A DNA stretch of 64,000 nt, from assembly GCA_017406005.1 (NCBI GenBank), contig JAFQZI010000035.1, positions 35,823 through 99,822 on the forward strand. The letters run 5' to 3'. The stretch is from Oscillospiraceae bacterium. GTDB lineage: Bacteria > Bacillota > Clostridia > Oscillospirales > Oscillospiraceae. This document shows positions 10,037-19,424 of the stretch, one piece after another. Below the pieces are notes generated by a model. It worked only from the letters and a program-made list of their open reading frames with translations, did no database searches and was not told the origin of the DNA. Position numbers and translations under genes: made by a program. Position 1 is the first letter of the stretch. The number at the start of each line of letters is the position of its first letter.

Positions 10037-10993
10037 TTATTTTCCCCATTCGTCGCTGCCCTTTTCCTCGGGGATGACGAGCTCGATGGCACGGATGGCA
10101 CACTCGATCATCGAATCGTCCGGCTCATCCGTTGTAATACGCTGCAGCCACTTGCCGGGAGCAGAGAGAACGGAAGAGAGCAGGTTGTCATGCAGCCCGC
10201 ACCAGCGGTTGATCTCATAACTGATGCCGACAACGACCGGGAGCAGGAGAAGATGGCAACCGATCCTGCCGAAGGTGTTTGTCACCTTGACCACGGAGTT
10301 GACCAGTACACTGACGATGACCACTACCAGCAGAAAGCTCGTGCCGCAGCGGGGGTGGAAACGGCTCTCCGGACGGACATTTTCAACCGTGAGCTCCTTG
10401 CCGTGTTCATAACAGAAAATGGTTTTGTGTTCCGCCCCGTGATACCGGAACAGCCTCTGCACGTCAGGCACTTTGCGTGTCAGGCTCATATAGAGGAGCA
10501 GCAGGGCGATGCGTACAATGCCCTCTGTCAGGTTGCGGAGGAAGAAATTGTTATAGATCGGTTTGATGAACCCCACAAGAAAAGTCGGTAGAAAGACAAA
10601 CAGGAAAAGCGAAAGCGCGATGCCCAGCACCACAGCCGTGTAGATGATCACCTGTTTCGCTTTTTCGGCGGAAAAATGGGCCTCGATCCACTTGTCAAGA
10701 GGGTCGTCCTCCTGCATCTCCTCCGGAAGCAGCTCGGCGGAATAAAGCAGGGCACCCATACCTTTGATCATGGAATCCAGGAAAATAACCACACCGCGGA
10801 CAAGCGGCAGGCCAAAGAACGGATATTTGTCTTTCAGCAGTTTAAGATCTTCCACCTTTTCCACAAGGCCGTCAGCCGTTCTGCAGACGATCGCCTGCTT
10901 TTTCGGCCCGCGCATAAGGATACCCTCCATGAGAGCCTGTCCGCCGATGGATGTTTTAAAACTGCAGCTTTTATTCGGATTTTTTTCAGCCAT
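10037..10993 (-). CDS. DUF1385 (YqhQ-like) membrane protein
   Basis: Motifs GGQALMEGILMRG, YHGAEHK and HPRCGT. Start moved to the ATG at 10993 (AGGAG upstream). The ORF-track start at 11101 would overlap the kinase gene. Confidence 0.8.
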   Translation of the reverse strand: MAEKNPNKSCSFKTSIGGQALMEGILMRGPKKQAIVCRTADGLVEKVEDLKLLKDKYPFFGLPLVRGVVIFLDSMIKGMGALLYSAELLPEEMQEDDPLDKWIEAHFSAEKAKQVIIYTAVVLGIALSLFLFVFLPTFLVGFIKPIYNNFFLRNLTEGIVRIALLLLYMSLTRKVPDVQRLFRYHGAEHKTIFCYEHGKELTVENVRPESRFHPRCGTSFLLVVVIVSVLVNSVVKVTNTFGRIGCHLLLLPVVVGISYEINRWCGLHDNLLSSVLSAPGKWLQRITTDEPDDSMIECAIRAIELVIPEEKGSDEWGK

Positions 10994-11061
10994 AGAAATA
11001 TATGCTCCTGTATGAAAATGCGTTGCCTGTGCGAGGCCTGGATGACGGAAGTGCAGGGGAT

Positions 11062-12048
11062 TCAGTCGCTGCTCATCGGCAGAGAGATCGTCACGATACA
11101 TCCGCCTCCTTCGGCATTGCCGATATCCAGACGGCCGTTATGCCTTGTAATGATCTCATCGCAGACAGCCAACCCGATGCCTGTCCCGCGGTTTTTCGAG
11201 CTGCCTTTGTAAAACTTCTCTTTCACATGGGGCAACTCATCCTCCGGGATGCCGTTTCCGTAGTCCCGGAAAGAGATATGAACAAATTTTTTGTCTTCCC
11301 AGAGCGAAACGTCTATCTTTTCACTGTGCCCGTGTTTGGAGGCATTATCCAGCACATTGGTGAAAACCTGCTTGAGCCGTTCCGGATCACCCGGAATCAG
11401 GGGAATTTCAGACTTCGGCGAGGAATAGTTGATTTCGATACCGGCCTGTTTCATGATTTCCCCGTAAGTGAAAAGAGCGTCCTCCAGTTCGGCGGCAATG
11501 TCTATCAGCTCAATACGCAGATTGAAGCGCCCATCCTGAATTCTGGTGAACTCCAAAAGCTCAGCCACCATCCTCGTCAGGCGCTCCGATTCTTTTGTTA
11601 TAATATGGATGCCGCGCAGGGAATCTCCCTGTACGGCCGGGTCATAGGCAATGGTTTCACTCCAACCCGTGATAGCGGTAAGCGGCGTGCGCAGCTCGTG
11701 GGAGATCTGTGAGATAAACTCCGTGCGCGTTTTATCCGCCACAGCAATTTTCTTGGACATTTCGTTGATTGCGCTCGTGAGGTCCCCGATTTCGTTGTCA
11801 ATGACAACTTCTTCCTGCGTGCCGTATTTCCCGTCGGCAATCTTCTTGGAAAAGATAGTGAGCTTATCCAGAGGGTCGGCCACAAAAGTACGGAACCAGA
11901 GGTTGATCAGAATCACGTAAACGCACATTACCAGAAGGATGATGACGGCTGCCGTGATCGTTCCTCTCACAATCAGCCAGATGCCCAGCAGCAGCAAAAC
12001 CAGTGCGGCAGCTCCCGAAATCAGGAGCTGATTCTTCAGATTGATCAA
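11062..12048 (-). CDS. sensor histidine kinase (two TM segments, almost no external loop, HAMP-HisKA-HATPase)
   Basis: H-box SHELRTPLTAI, N-box NVLDNASKH, G-box GTGIGLAV. TTG start with a GGAAG RBS. Confidence 0.85.
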   Translation of the reverse strand: MINLKNQLLISGAAALVLLLLGIWLIVRGTITAAVIILLVMCVYVILINLWFRTFVADPLDKLTIFSKKIADGKYGTQEEVVIDNEIGDLTSAINEMSKKIAVADKTRTEFISQISHELRTPLTAITGWSETIAYDPAVQGDSLRGIHIITKESERLTRMVAELLEFTRIQDGRFNLRIELIDIAAELEDALFTYGEIMKQAGIEINYSSPKSEIPLIPGDPERLKQVFTNVLDNASKHGHSEKIDVSLWEDKKFVHISFRDYGNGIPEDELPHVKEKFYKGSSKNRGTGIGLAVCDEIITRHNGRLDIGNAEGGGCIVTISLPMSSD

Positions 12049-12109
12049 ATAAACTACTTCCTTGAAATTACAAATTTATAAAACTGCAAATTTCAAATTG
12101 CAAAAAGCA

Positions 12110-12799
12110 TCAGTATCCCCACTTGTAGCCGTAGCCCCATACCGTGGTGAGATATTCCGGTTCCGTCGGGTCATCTTCGATTTTCATGCGGAGGCGGCGG
12201 ATGTTGACGTCGACCGTCTTCAGTTCACCCGTAAAGTCGGAACCCCAGACAGCGGAAAGGATATCCTCGCGGGACATGGCTTTGCCGGGATTTTCCATAA
12301 ATAGCTTCATCAGCAAATACTCGATCTGTGTGAGTTTGAGGCGCGTAAAGTTCTTTTCAAGGGTGCGGTTTCTCGTGTTGAGCACGAAGGGACCGCTCTT
12401 GATTTCAATAGCAGCCTGCTCTTCTTCGTCCACTCCGAGGCGACGAATCAGGGCATCCACACGGGCCGTCAGCTCTGCAGGGGAGAAGGGTTTGGTAATA
12501 TAGTCGTCCGCACCGGTCATCAGGCCGGTAACCTTATCGATTTCCTGGCTCTTTGCCGTGAGCATAATAATGCCGATCTTGGAACCGGACGCACGGATAC
12601 GCCGGCAGACTTCAAATCCGTCAATATCGGGCAGCATAACGTCCAGCAGGGCAAGACAGATATCCGGGTTGACCTTCAGCTTTTCCAGAGCAGTCATCCC
12701 GTTTTCTGCTTCGATCGGTTCAAAGCCGCTGCGGCGGAGATTGATCACTACAAAACTCCGGATATTGTCTTCATCTTCCAGTACGAGTATTTTTTTCAT
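12110..12799 (-). CDS. OmpR-family response regulator
   Basis: Receiver domain (LLDVMLPDIDG) plus a winged-helix C-terminal domain (...VWGYGYKW). Confidence 0.9.
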   Translation of the reverse strand: MKKILVLEDEDNIRSFVVINLRRSGFEPIEAENGMTALEKLKVNPDICLALLDVMLPDIDGFEVCRRIRASGSKIGIIMLTAKSQEIDKVTGLMTGADDYITKPFSPAELTARVDALIRRLGVDEEEQAAIEIKSGPFVLNTRNRTLEKNFTRLKLTQIEYLLMKLFMENPGKAMSREDILSAVWGSDFTGELKTVDVNIRRLRMKIEDDPTEPEYLTTVWGYGYKWGY

Positions 12800-12952
12800 G
12801 TTCGTGACCCCTTATTTGAATTATGTAAACTAAAATGACGCTTATTTTTCGTCATTATAACATATCTTTTCCATATTTGGTAGATTAAGTTTTCAAATTT
12901 TCAATATTTTTTCCACATATAGATGACGAAGAGCAACACCGAAATGGTTTCA

Positions 12953-12990
12953 ACGGAAAACCGCAGCCTGTCCGGACGGGCAGACTGCGG
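12953..12990 (-). terminator. rho-independent terminator after the FMN-dependent dehydrogenase gene
   Basis: Near-perfect 30-nt palindrome CCGCAGCCTGTCCGGACGGGCAGACTGCGG, followed on the minus strand by TTTTCCGT. Confidence 0.55.
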
Positions 12991-13017
12991 AGAACGATGG
13001 TTCTGTTTCAGAAATCT

Positions 13018-14037
13018 TTATGAAAGAAAAACTTTTTCGCGGGTGATTTCTTTCAGAGAAGCCGCGCCGCACATCGTCATGGTAGACTTGAGCTCTCCGA
13101 CGATCTTGTTCATATAGACCCTGAAGCCTTCTTCGCCTGCACCGTAAATGCTTGTGAGAACCGGGCGGCCGATCAGCACCGCGTCTGCACCCAAAGCGAG
13201 AGCTCGGAAAACATCTACGCCCGAACGGATGCCGCCGTCAACGAAGATAACGGTCTCACCCTTTACGGCTTCCGCAATAGCCGGCAGGACTTCGCAGGTG
13301 GAGGGGGTTCCGCCCTGCACACGCCCGCCGTGGTTGGAAACCACAATGCCCTTAGCTCCGGATTCCACAGCTTTTTTCGCTCCGGCAACCGTCATGATGC
13401 CTTTGATGATGAACGGCATCTGAGCATAGCTGATGATTTCCTTCATCTCGGCAACCGTTTTGCTGCCGGCATTGGGGTTCATTTCCTTCAGGAAGGGAAG
13501 GCCAGCGCCGTCCACATCCATCGCCGCTGCAAAGATGCCGTTTACATTGAGAATGTCCAGCTTGTCAAAAACGGCTTCCTTGTTCCAGGGTTTGATGGTC
13601 GGTACACCGATTCCGCCGAGCGGGAGCATATCCTTTACGGCGTCCTTCATGATCTCCGGGTCAACGCCGTCCCCGGTGAAGCCTGCCACACCGTATTCCG
13701 CGGCTGCTTTGAGCATGATGCGGTTGTAGGTCTGGTCGGTATGCTTGTCGCCATAATGCATCGGCAGAGCACCGAGTGGGGCGACAAAAATCGGCGCGCT
13801 GAATGTTTTTCCGAAGAGTTCAAAGGAGATATCCGGATCTGCATTCGAGCAGAGTGTATCCATATTGACGCAGACTTCCTGCCATTTTTCAAAGTTTCTG
13901 GCTGCTACATTTCCGGGATATTTGCAGCCCGGACCGGGCATAGCGTTTCCGCAGGCCTTCCCGTTGCAGACAGGGCATGCCTTGCAGTATGGCCCGATGC
14001 ATCCTCTCGCATTTTCCAGTACTTCGTTGTAATTCAT
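13018..14037 (-). CDS. FMN-dependent alpha-hydroxy-acid dehydrogenase/oxidase family protein with a Cys-rich N-terminus
   Basis: TIM-barrel FMN signature (VSNHGGR, DGGIRSG). Six Cys residues in the first ~45 aa. GAAGGAG RBS before the ATG at 14037. Confidence 0.8.
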   Translation of the reverse strand: MNYNEVLENARGCIGPYCKACPVCNGKACGNAMPGPGCKYPGNVAARNFEKWQEVCVNMDTLCSNADPDISFELFGKTFSAPIFVAPLGALPMHYGDKHTDQTYNRIMLKAAAEYGVAGFTGDGVDPEIMKDAVKDMLPLGGIGVPTIKPWNKEAVFDKLDILNVNGIFAAAMDVDGAGLPFLKEMNPNAGSKTVAEMKEIISYAQMPFIIKGIMTVAGAKKAVESGAKGIVVSNHGGRVQGGTPSTCEVLPAIAEAVKGETVIFVDGGIRSGVDVFRALALGADAVLIGRPVLTSIYGAGEEGFRVYMNKIVGELKSTMTMCGAASLKEITREKVFLS

Positions 14038-14126
14038 TACTTTTCTCCTTCTCATATTATTATAGAATGGTTTTCAATCCGTTCAGATCTCTGTATCTGG
14101 TATCATAATCTTTCGTGAGGCGTTTG

Positions 14127-15038
14127 TCAATAAAGAATCATGCTTTCGATTCCGGTTCCGTCAAATGCGGGGATCATTTCCTCTGTGGCTGAGGCGGGTT
14201 CCTGCCAGTAACCGTTTTCGATCTTTCTTATTTTCATATAGTGGCAAAGCAGTTCGTTGCTTTCAGCCGAAACAGTCCTGCACAGTTCGGGGAATCGCGT
14301 GGAATCCGGCATCGGAGTATACTGGCTCATCAGAGAGAACAATACACTGTTTTGAGGGAAGGTATCTGCCACATAGTCGATCACATCCATGGAGGCTTCT
14401 TCACTGCCCGGCAAAATCAGATGCCGGATCAGGACACCGCTTAACAGCAGGCCATCTTTGTCAAGACGGTACGGGCCGGTCTGACGGAACATCTCTGAGA
14501 TGGCAGCTGAAGCAAATGTAAAGTAATCCGGTGCTGCACTGTAGCGTTTTGCAAGATCAGATCTGGTATACTTCAGATCCGGCAGGTAGATCTGCACGAG
14601 CCCTTCCAGCATCCGCAGCATTTCCACGGTTTCATAACCGGAACTGTTCCACACAACCGGTATCCCGAGATCAAGGCCATCAAGTGCCTGTGCGATGATC
14701 CTGATATAATGTGTCGGTGTGACGAGGTTGATATTATGTACACCCTTGTCACGCAGCCGAAGCAGGATTTCACGAAGCCCGTCAACCGTTACCCGGGTTC
14801 CGGTGCTCCCACGGCTGATTTCGTGATTCTGGCAGAAAACGCATTTCAGGTTGCACCCGGAAAAGAAGACGGTACCCGAACCTTTCGTCCCGCTGATGCA
14901 CGGTTCTTCACCGAAATGCGGAGCGGCGCGCACCAGAGAGGGAAGAGCGGCACACCCGCAAAATCCGTTTCCCGAGGTCTCATCCCGCCAGGCACCGCAT
15001 GCTCTCGGGCAATCTTTGCACAAATATCCAATTTTCAT
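14127..15038 (-). CDS. radical SAM protein (PflX/activase-like)
   Basis: CNLKCVFCQN (CxxxCxxC) motif plus N-terminal extra Cys residues. GGAGG RBS before the ATG at 15038. Confidence 0.8.
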   Translation of the reverse strand: MKIGYLCKDCPRACGAWRDETSGNGFCGCAALPSLVRAAPHFGEEPCISGTKGSGTVFFSGCNLKCVFCQNHEISRGSTGTRVTVDGLREILLRLRDKGVHNINLVTPTHYIRIIAQALDGLDLGIPVVWNSSGYETVEMLRMLEGLVQIYLPDLKYTRSDLAKRYSAAPDYFTFASAAISEMFRQTGPYRLDKDGLLLSGVLIRHLILPGSEEASMDVIDYVADTFPQNSVLFSLMSQYTPMPDSTRFPELCRTVSAESNELLCHYMKIRKIENGYWQEPASATEEMIPAFDGTGIESMILY

Positions 15039-15232
15039 CCGTTCCTCCGATGACTTTATGGGCAATATTACCAATATCATGCTGTGTTTTTTAAGTTATT
15101 ATAGCCCATATTTGGTAAAACTGCAAGAATCGATAAAAAGCATAAAAAAGTACATGATTTTTACATTTTTTGTGCTAAAATAGGGTGGAATTTGAAAGAG
15201 GGGTGCATTTTTGCTGAAGGGAGCATGGCTGT

Positions 15233-15715
15233 TTGGTTGATATTGTTCTTGTCGAACCTGAGATTCCGCACAATACAGGCGCAATAGCCAGGACGTGTGC
15301 TGCTACCGGTGCCCGCCTCCACCTGATTCGCCCTCTTGGTTTTGACATTTCGGACAAAATGGTGCGCCGCTGCGGTCTGGACTACTGGTATCTGGTAGAC
15401 ATTCAGGTTTACGACAATCTGGACGTCTATTTCCAAGCCAACGGGGACGATCATCTGTATCTCGCAACAACGAAAGCACCGCATGTCTACACGGAAGCTG
15501 ACTTCAGCGGGGACGTTACGCTGATGTTCGGCAAGGAGACGGCTGGCCTCCCGGAATGGCTGCGGGAAAAATATCGTGACAGATGCATCCGTATTCCGAT
15601 GATCTCGGAAGCACGCAGCCTCAACCTTTCCAATTCCGTAGCAGTTTTAGCTTACGAAGCACTGCGCCAGCAGGGCTTTGAAGGCCTGAAGAGCTTCGGC
15701 TCGATGGCAGAATAA
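15233..15715 (+). CDS. trmL: tRNA (cytidine/uridine-2'-O-)-methyltransferase TrmL (SpoU/SPOUT)
   Basis: N-terminal EPEIPHNTGAIARTC and C-terminal SLNLSNSVA motifs. TTG start with a GAAGGGAG RBS. Confidence 0.85.
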   Translation: MVDIVLVEPEIPHNTGAIARTCAATGARLHLIRPLGFDISDKMVRRCGLDYWYLVDIQVYDNLDVYFQANGDDHLYLATTKAPHVYTEADFSGDVTLMFGKETAGLPEWLREKYRDRCIRIPMISEARSLNLSNSVAVLAYEALRQQGFEGLKSFGSMAE

Positions 15716-15745
15716 AGTAAAAAATATTTTTAGGAGGATATGCAG

Positions 15746-17011
15746 ATGAACTACAACAAGAAAACCATTAACGATGTTGATGTTCGCGGCAAGAAGGTTC
15801 TTCTCCGCTGTGACTTCAATGTTCCCCAGGACAAAGTGACCGGCGAGATCACAAGTGACAAGCGCATTAAGGCCGCCATTCCCACAATCCGTCAGCTTCT
15901 CGACAACGGTGCAGCCGTTATCGCCTGCTCTCACCTCGGCAAGCCTGTTGCCACTTTCGATGCTTTTGTCAAAAAGCAGGTAGAAAAGGGTAAGAACGAA
16001 GCAGATGTTACCCGCGAAAGCTGGGAAAAGTCTCTTCGCAAGCTGACGCTCGCTCCCGTTGCTAAGCGTCTCTCCGAGCTCCTTGGCCAGGAAGTGATTT
16101 TTGCTACCGACACGATTGGCGAAGACGCAAAGGCGAAGGCAGCAGCTCTCCAGCCCGGCCAGATTCTTCTTCTTGAGAACCTCCGTTTTGCAAAGGGTGA
16201 GACGAAGAATGATGTCGAGTTTGCAAAAGCTCTTGCAAGCATGGCAGACGTTTTTGTTTCGGATGCTTTCGGCACCGTGCACAGAGCACATGCCTCCACA
16301 GCAGGCGTTGCTGCATTCCTTCCCGCATATTCCGGGCTCCTCGTTGCGAAAGAAATCGCCGTGATGGGCAAAGCACTTGACAATCCGGTCCGTCCGTTCG
16401 TGGCGATTCTCGGCGGTGCAAAAGTTTCCGACAAGATCGCCGTTATCAACAACCTCCTCGAGAAGGCTGACACCATTATCATCGGCGGCGGCATGGCATA
16501 TACCTTCAAGAAGGCCCAGGGTTTTGAGATCGGCAAGTCTCTCCTCGAGGCTGACCGTATCGACTATGCAAAAGAGATGATCGCCAAGGCGGAAGCCAAC
16601 GGCGTAAAGCTCCTTCTGCCGGTTGACAACTACTGTGCAAAAGAGTTCTCCGCAGATGCCGAGCCCGTTCTCTTTGAAGGCGATATTCCTGAAGATTATA
16701 TGGGCATGGACATCGGCCCCAAGACGGTTGCTCTCTTCTCCGAGGCAGTCAAGGGCGCAGGCACAATCGTTTGGAACGGCCCCATGGGCGTTTTCGAGTT
16801 CGATAAGTTTGCCAACGGCACCAAAGCAATGGCACAGGCTCTTGCCGATTCCGGAGCAGTTACGATTGTCGGCGACGGAGACAGCGCAGCAGCAGTTGAA
16901 AAGCTCGGTTTTGCCGATAAGATTACCCATATCTCCACGGGCGGCGGCGCATCCCTTGAGTTCCTTGAGGGAAAAGAGCTTCCGGGCGTTGCATGCCTGC
17001 TGGATGCTTAA
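15746..17011 (+). CDS. pgk: phosphoglycerate kinase
   Basis: Full-length PGK ([20 protein letters not shown] motifs). AGGAGG lies 8 nt upstream of the ATG at 15746, whereas the ATG at 15740 is only 2 nt from the RBS. Confidence 0.95.
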   Translation: MNYNKKTINDVDVRGKKVLLRCDFNVPQDKVTGEITSDKRIKAAIPTIRQLLDNGAAVIACSHLGKPVATFDAFVKKQVEKGKNEADVTRESWEKSLRKLTLAPVAKRLSELLGQEVIFATDTIGEDAKAKAAALQPGQILLLENLRFAKGETKNDVEFAKALASMADVFVSDAFGTVHRAHASTAGVAAFLPAYSGLLVAKEIAVMGKALDNPVRPFVAILGGAKVSDKIAVINNLLEKADTIIIGGGMAYTFKKAQGFEIGKSLLEADRIDYAKEMIAKAEANGVKLLLPVDNYCAKEFSADAEPVLFEGDIPEDYMGMDIGPKTVALFSEAVKGAGTIVWNGPMGVFEFDKFANGTKAMAQALADSGAVTIVGDGDSAAAVEKLGFADKITHISTGGGASLEFLEGKELPGVACLLDA

Positions 17012-17030
17012 GGATCAGGAAGGAGAAAAA

Positions 17031-17801
17031 ATGAACAGAAAGTATCGTAAAGCTGTTATTGCCGGCAACTGGAAGATGAACCAGACGGCTTCCGGCATCA
17101 AGCCTTTTATGGATGCCCTAAAGGAAGAGCTTCCTCAGCCCAAGCCGTGTGAAATCGTGCTCTGCACACCGGCTGTTATGATCCCCGCCATGATCCGTGC
17201 CGGGAAAGACTGCAAGGTTGCAGCCGGCGGCCAGGATGTTTCCAAGTATGAAAAAGGTGCCTACACCGGTGAGATTTCTGCAGAACAGCTCGCTGATATC
17301 GGTGCAAAGTACTGCATTGTCGGCCATTCAGAGCGCCGTCAGTATCATCACGAGGATGATATGCTCGTCAATGCCAAGGCAAAAGCCCTTCTCGAAAAGG
17401 GAATTACCCCGATTATCTGTGTCGGTGAGAGCCTTGAGCAGCGCGAGATGGACCTTACCATTGAGTATATTGCTTACCAGGTTAAGGCAGCACTTTATGG
17501 TATCACCGCTCAGCAGCTCCGCCGCTGCATCATCGCCTATGAACCGATCTGGGCGATCGGCACGGGGCGTACGGCTACTGCCGAGCAGGCACAGGAAGTG
17601 TGCGAAGCCGTCCGCGGCGTGATCCGCAAAATGTACGGTGCCCGTCCTGCCCGTGCTGTCAGCATTCTCTACGGCGGCAGCATGAACGCAAAGAACGCTG
17701 CAGAGCTTCTTGCACAGCCTGATATCGACGGCGGTCTGATCGGCGGCGCATCTCTTAAGCCGGCTGACTTTGCAGCAATTGTAAAGGCTACCAATCAGTA
17801 A
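17031..17801 (+). CDS. tpiA: triose-phosphate isomerase
   Basis: Motifs IAGNWKMN, VGHSERR and AYEPIWAIGTG. GGAAGGAG RBS before the ATG at 17031. The ORF-track start at 16623 is an in-frame run-in across the pgk 3' end. Confidence 0.95.
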   Translation: MNRKYRKAVIAGNWKMNQTASGIKPFMDALKEELPQPKPCEIVLCTPAVMIPAMIRAGKDCKVAAGGQDVSKYEKGAYTGEISAEQLADIGAKYCIVGHSERRQYHHEDDMLVNAKAKALLEKGITPIICVGESLEQREMDLTIEYIAYQVKAALYGITAQQLRRCIIAYEPIWAIGTGRTATAEQAQEVCEAVRGVIRKMYGARPARAVSILYGGSMNAKNAAELLAQPDIDGGLIGGASLKPADFAAIVKATNQ

Positions 17802-17813
17802 GCAGAGGCTTCT

Positions 17814-19352
17814 ATGACGAATAAAGCTGTACTTATTATTATGGATGGTTATGGTATTGCCCCGGCTACTCCGGGCAATGCCATTACCACGGCAAACAAA
17901 CCGAATCTCGATAAACTGTTTGCGGAATATCCCAACTCCCAGCTTATTGCTTCCGGGCTCGATGTAGGTCTTCCGGAAGGGCAGATGGGCAACTCTGAAG
18001 TCGGCCATACAAATATCGGTGCCGGGCGCGTTGTTTTCCAGATCCTCCCGAAGATGTCGAAGGAGATTGAAGACGGTGAGTTCTTCAAAAATCCTGTCTA
18101 TGTAAAGTGCCTGGATGATGCCGTTGCCAATGACAGGCCACTTCATGTAATGGGCCTTGTATCCACCGGCGGTGTGCACAGCCACCTGAAGCATATCTTT
18201 GGGATGCTCGACATGGCAAAACAGCGCGGTGTGAAGCAGGTTTATGTGCATTGCTTCCTTGATGGGCGTGATGTTCCGCCAACCAGCGGTGCCGGTTTTG
18301 TAAAAGAACTGGACGAGAAGTGCAAAGAGATCGGAAATGCCAGAATCGCTACCATTCAGGGCCGATTCTGGGGTATGGATCGAGACAAGCGCTGGGACCG
18401 TGTGGAGAGAGGGTATAACTGCATCGTCTGCGGGGAAGGGAATCAGGATCCCGATCCCGTGCACGCTGTTGAAACCAGCTATCAGACCTGGGATGAAGAG
18501 GGCGAGAAGTATCTCACCGATGAGTTCATGATTCCGACTGTGATTTATCCTGAAGGTGTTATCAACCAGGGTGACAGCGTTGTATTCATGAACTTCCGTC
18601 CGGACCGTGCCCGCGAGATGACCTGGGCGCTCAATCTTCCGGAATTTGACGGTTTTGAGCGGAAAAAGAAGGTCTATCCGCTCAGCTATGTCTGCACGGC
18701 ACAGTATGATGAAAATCTCACCCTGCCGATCGCCTATCCTCCCGAAGTCATTGAAAACACGATCGGGGATCTGATCAGTTCCCTCGGGCTGAAGCAGTTC
18801 CGCGTTGCCGAGACGGAAAAGTATGCTCATGTTACGTTCTTCTTCAACGGCGGTGTGGAGAAACAGTGCGAAGGAGAAGACCGGTGCCTCGTTCCTTCTC
18901 CGAAAGAGTTTGCCACTTACGACCTCGTTCCTCAGATGAGTGCCGAGAAGGTTGCAGACAAGGTAGTGGAAGCAATCGCCGGTGATCAGTATGATCTTAT
19001 CGTCTGCAATTTTGCCAACTGCGACATGGTCGGCCATACAGGTGTGATGGAAGCAGCTGTCAAGGCGGTTGAAACGGTTGACGCCTGCATGGGCCGTATC
19101 GTGGAAGAGCTGAAGAAGCATCCCGATGTGGTTCTCATCGTAACGGCGGATCACGGAAATGCAGACTGCATGTTTGATGAGACCGGAAAAGTCAATACTG
19201 CGCATACCACGAACCCGGTTCCGTTCCTCGTCACCAAAAAAGGGATTACTCTTGAAAACGGCCGTCTGGCCGATATTTCCCCGACGATTCTTGATGTTAT
19301 GGGTATTGACCAGCCAAAAGAAATGACTGGTCGAAGCCTCATCAAAAAGTAA
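17814..19352 (+). CDS. gpmI: 2,3-bisphosphoglycerate-independent phosphoglycerate mutase
   Basis: 512 aa. Catalytic region GNSEVGH and C-terminal TADHGN motif. Confidence 0.95.
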   Translation: MTNKAVLIIMDGYGIAPATPGNAITTANKPNLDKLFAEYPNSQLIASGLDVGLPEGQMGNSEVGHTNIGAGRVVFQILPKMSKEIEDGEFFKNPVYVKCLDDAVANDRPLHVMGLVSTGGVHSHLKHIFGMLDMAKQRGVKQVYVHCFLDGRDVPPTSGAGFVKELDEKCKEIGNARIATIQGRFWGMDRDKRWDRVERGYNCIVCGEGNQDPDPVHAVETSYQTWDEEGEKYLTDEFMIPTVIYPEGVINQGDSVVFMNFRPDRAREMTWALNLPEFDGFERKKKVYPLSYVCTAQYDENLTLPIAYPPEVIENTIGDLISSLGLKQFRVAETEKYAHVTFFFNGGVEKQCEGEDRCLVPSPKEFATYDLVPQMSAEKVADKVVEAIAGDQYDLIVCNFANCDMVGHTGVMEAAVKAVETVDACMGRIVEELKKHPDVVLIVTADHGNADCMFDETGKVNTAHTTNPVPFLVTKKGITLENGRLADISPTILDVMGIDQPKEMTGRSLIKK

Positions 19353-19366
19353 AATCCTACAATCAT

Positions 19367-19398
19367 ACCGGGAAGAGACTGCTCCTCCCGGTTTTTTA
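19367..19398 (+). terminator. rho-independent terminator after gpmI
   Basis: Stem CCGGGAAGAG/CTCCTCCCGG followed by TTTTTT. Confidence 0.65.
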
Positions 19399-19424
19399 CA
19401 AATGATTATTCATTAAGGAGTAGA

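Noticed and set aside
15647-16930. 427-aa minus-strand ORF
   Set aside because: Antisense shadow of pgk, with no recognisable motifs or RBS.
16623-17030. 136-codon N-terminal extension of the tpiA ORF
   Set aside because: It is an in-frame run-in overlapping the 3' end of pgk. The GGAAGGAG RBS and the canonical TIM N-terminus begin at 17031.
17328-19205. 625-aa ORF on the minus strand, the longest in this part of the window
   Set aside because: It is entirely antisense to the 3' end of tpiA and to gpmI, whose products are unmistakable. It has no RBS. Its Cys/His/Arg-rich composition shows no domain pattern. It is a shadow frame kept open by the codon bias of the sense genes.
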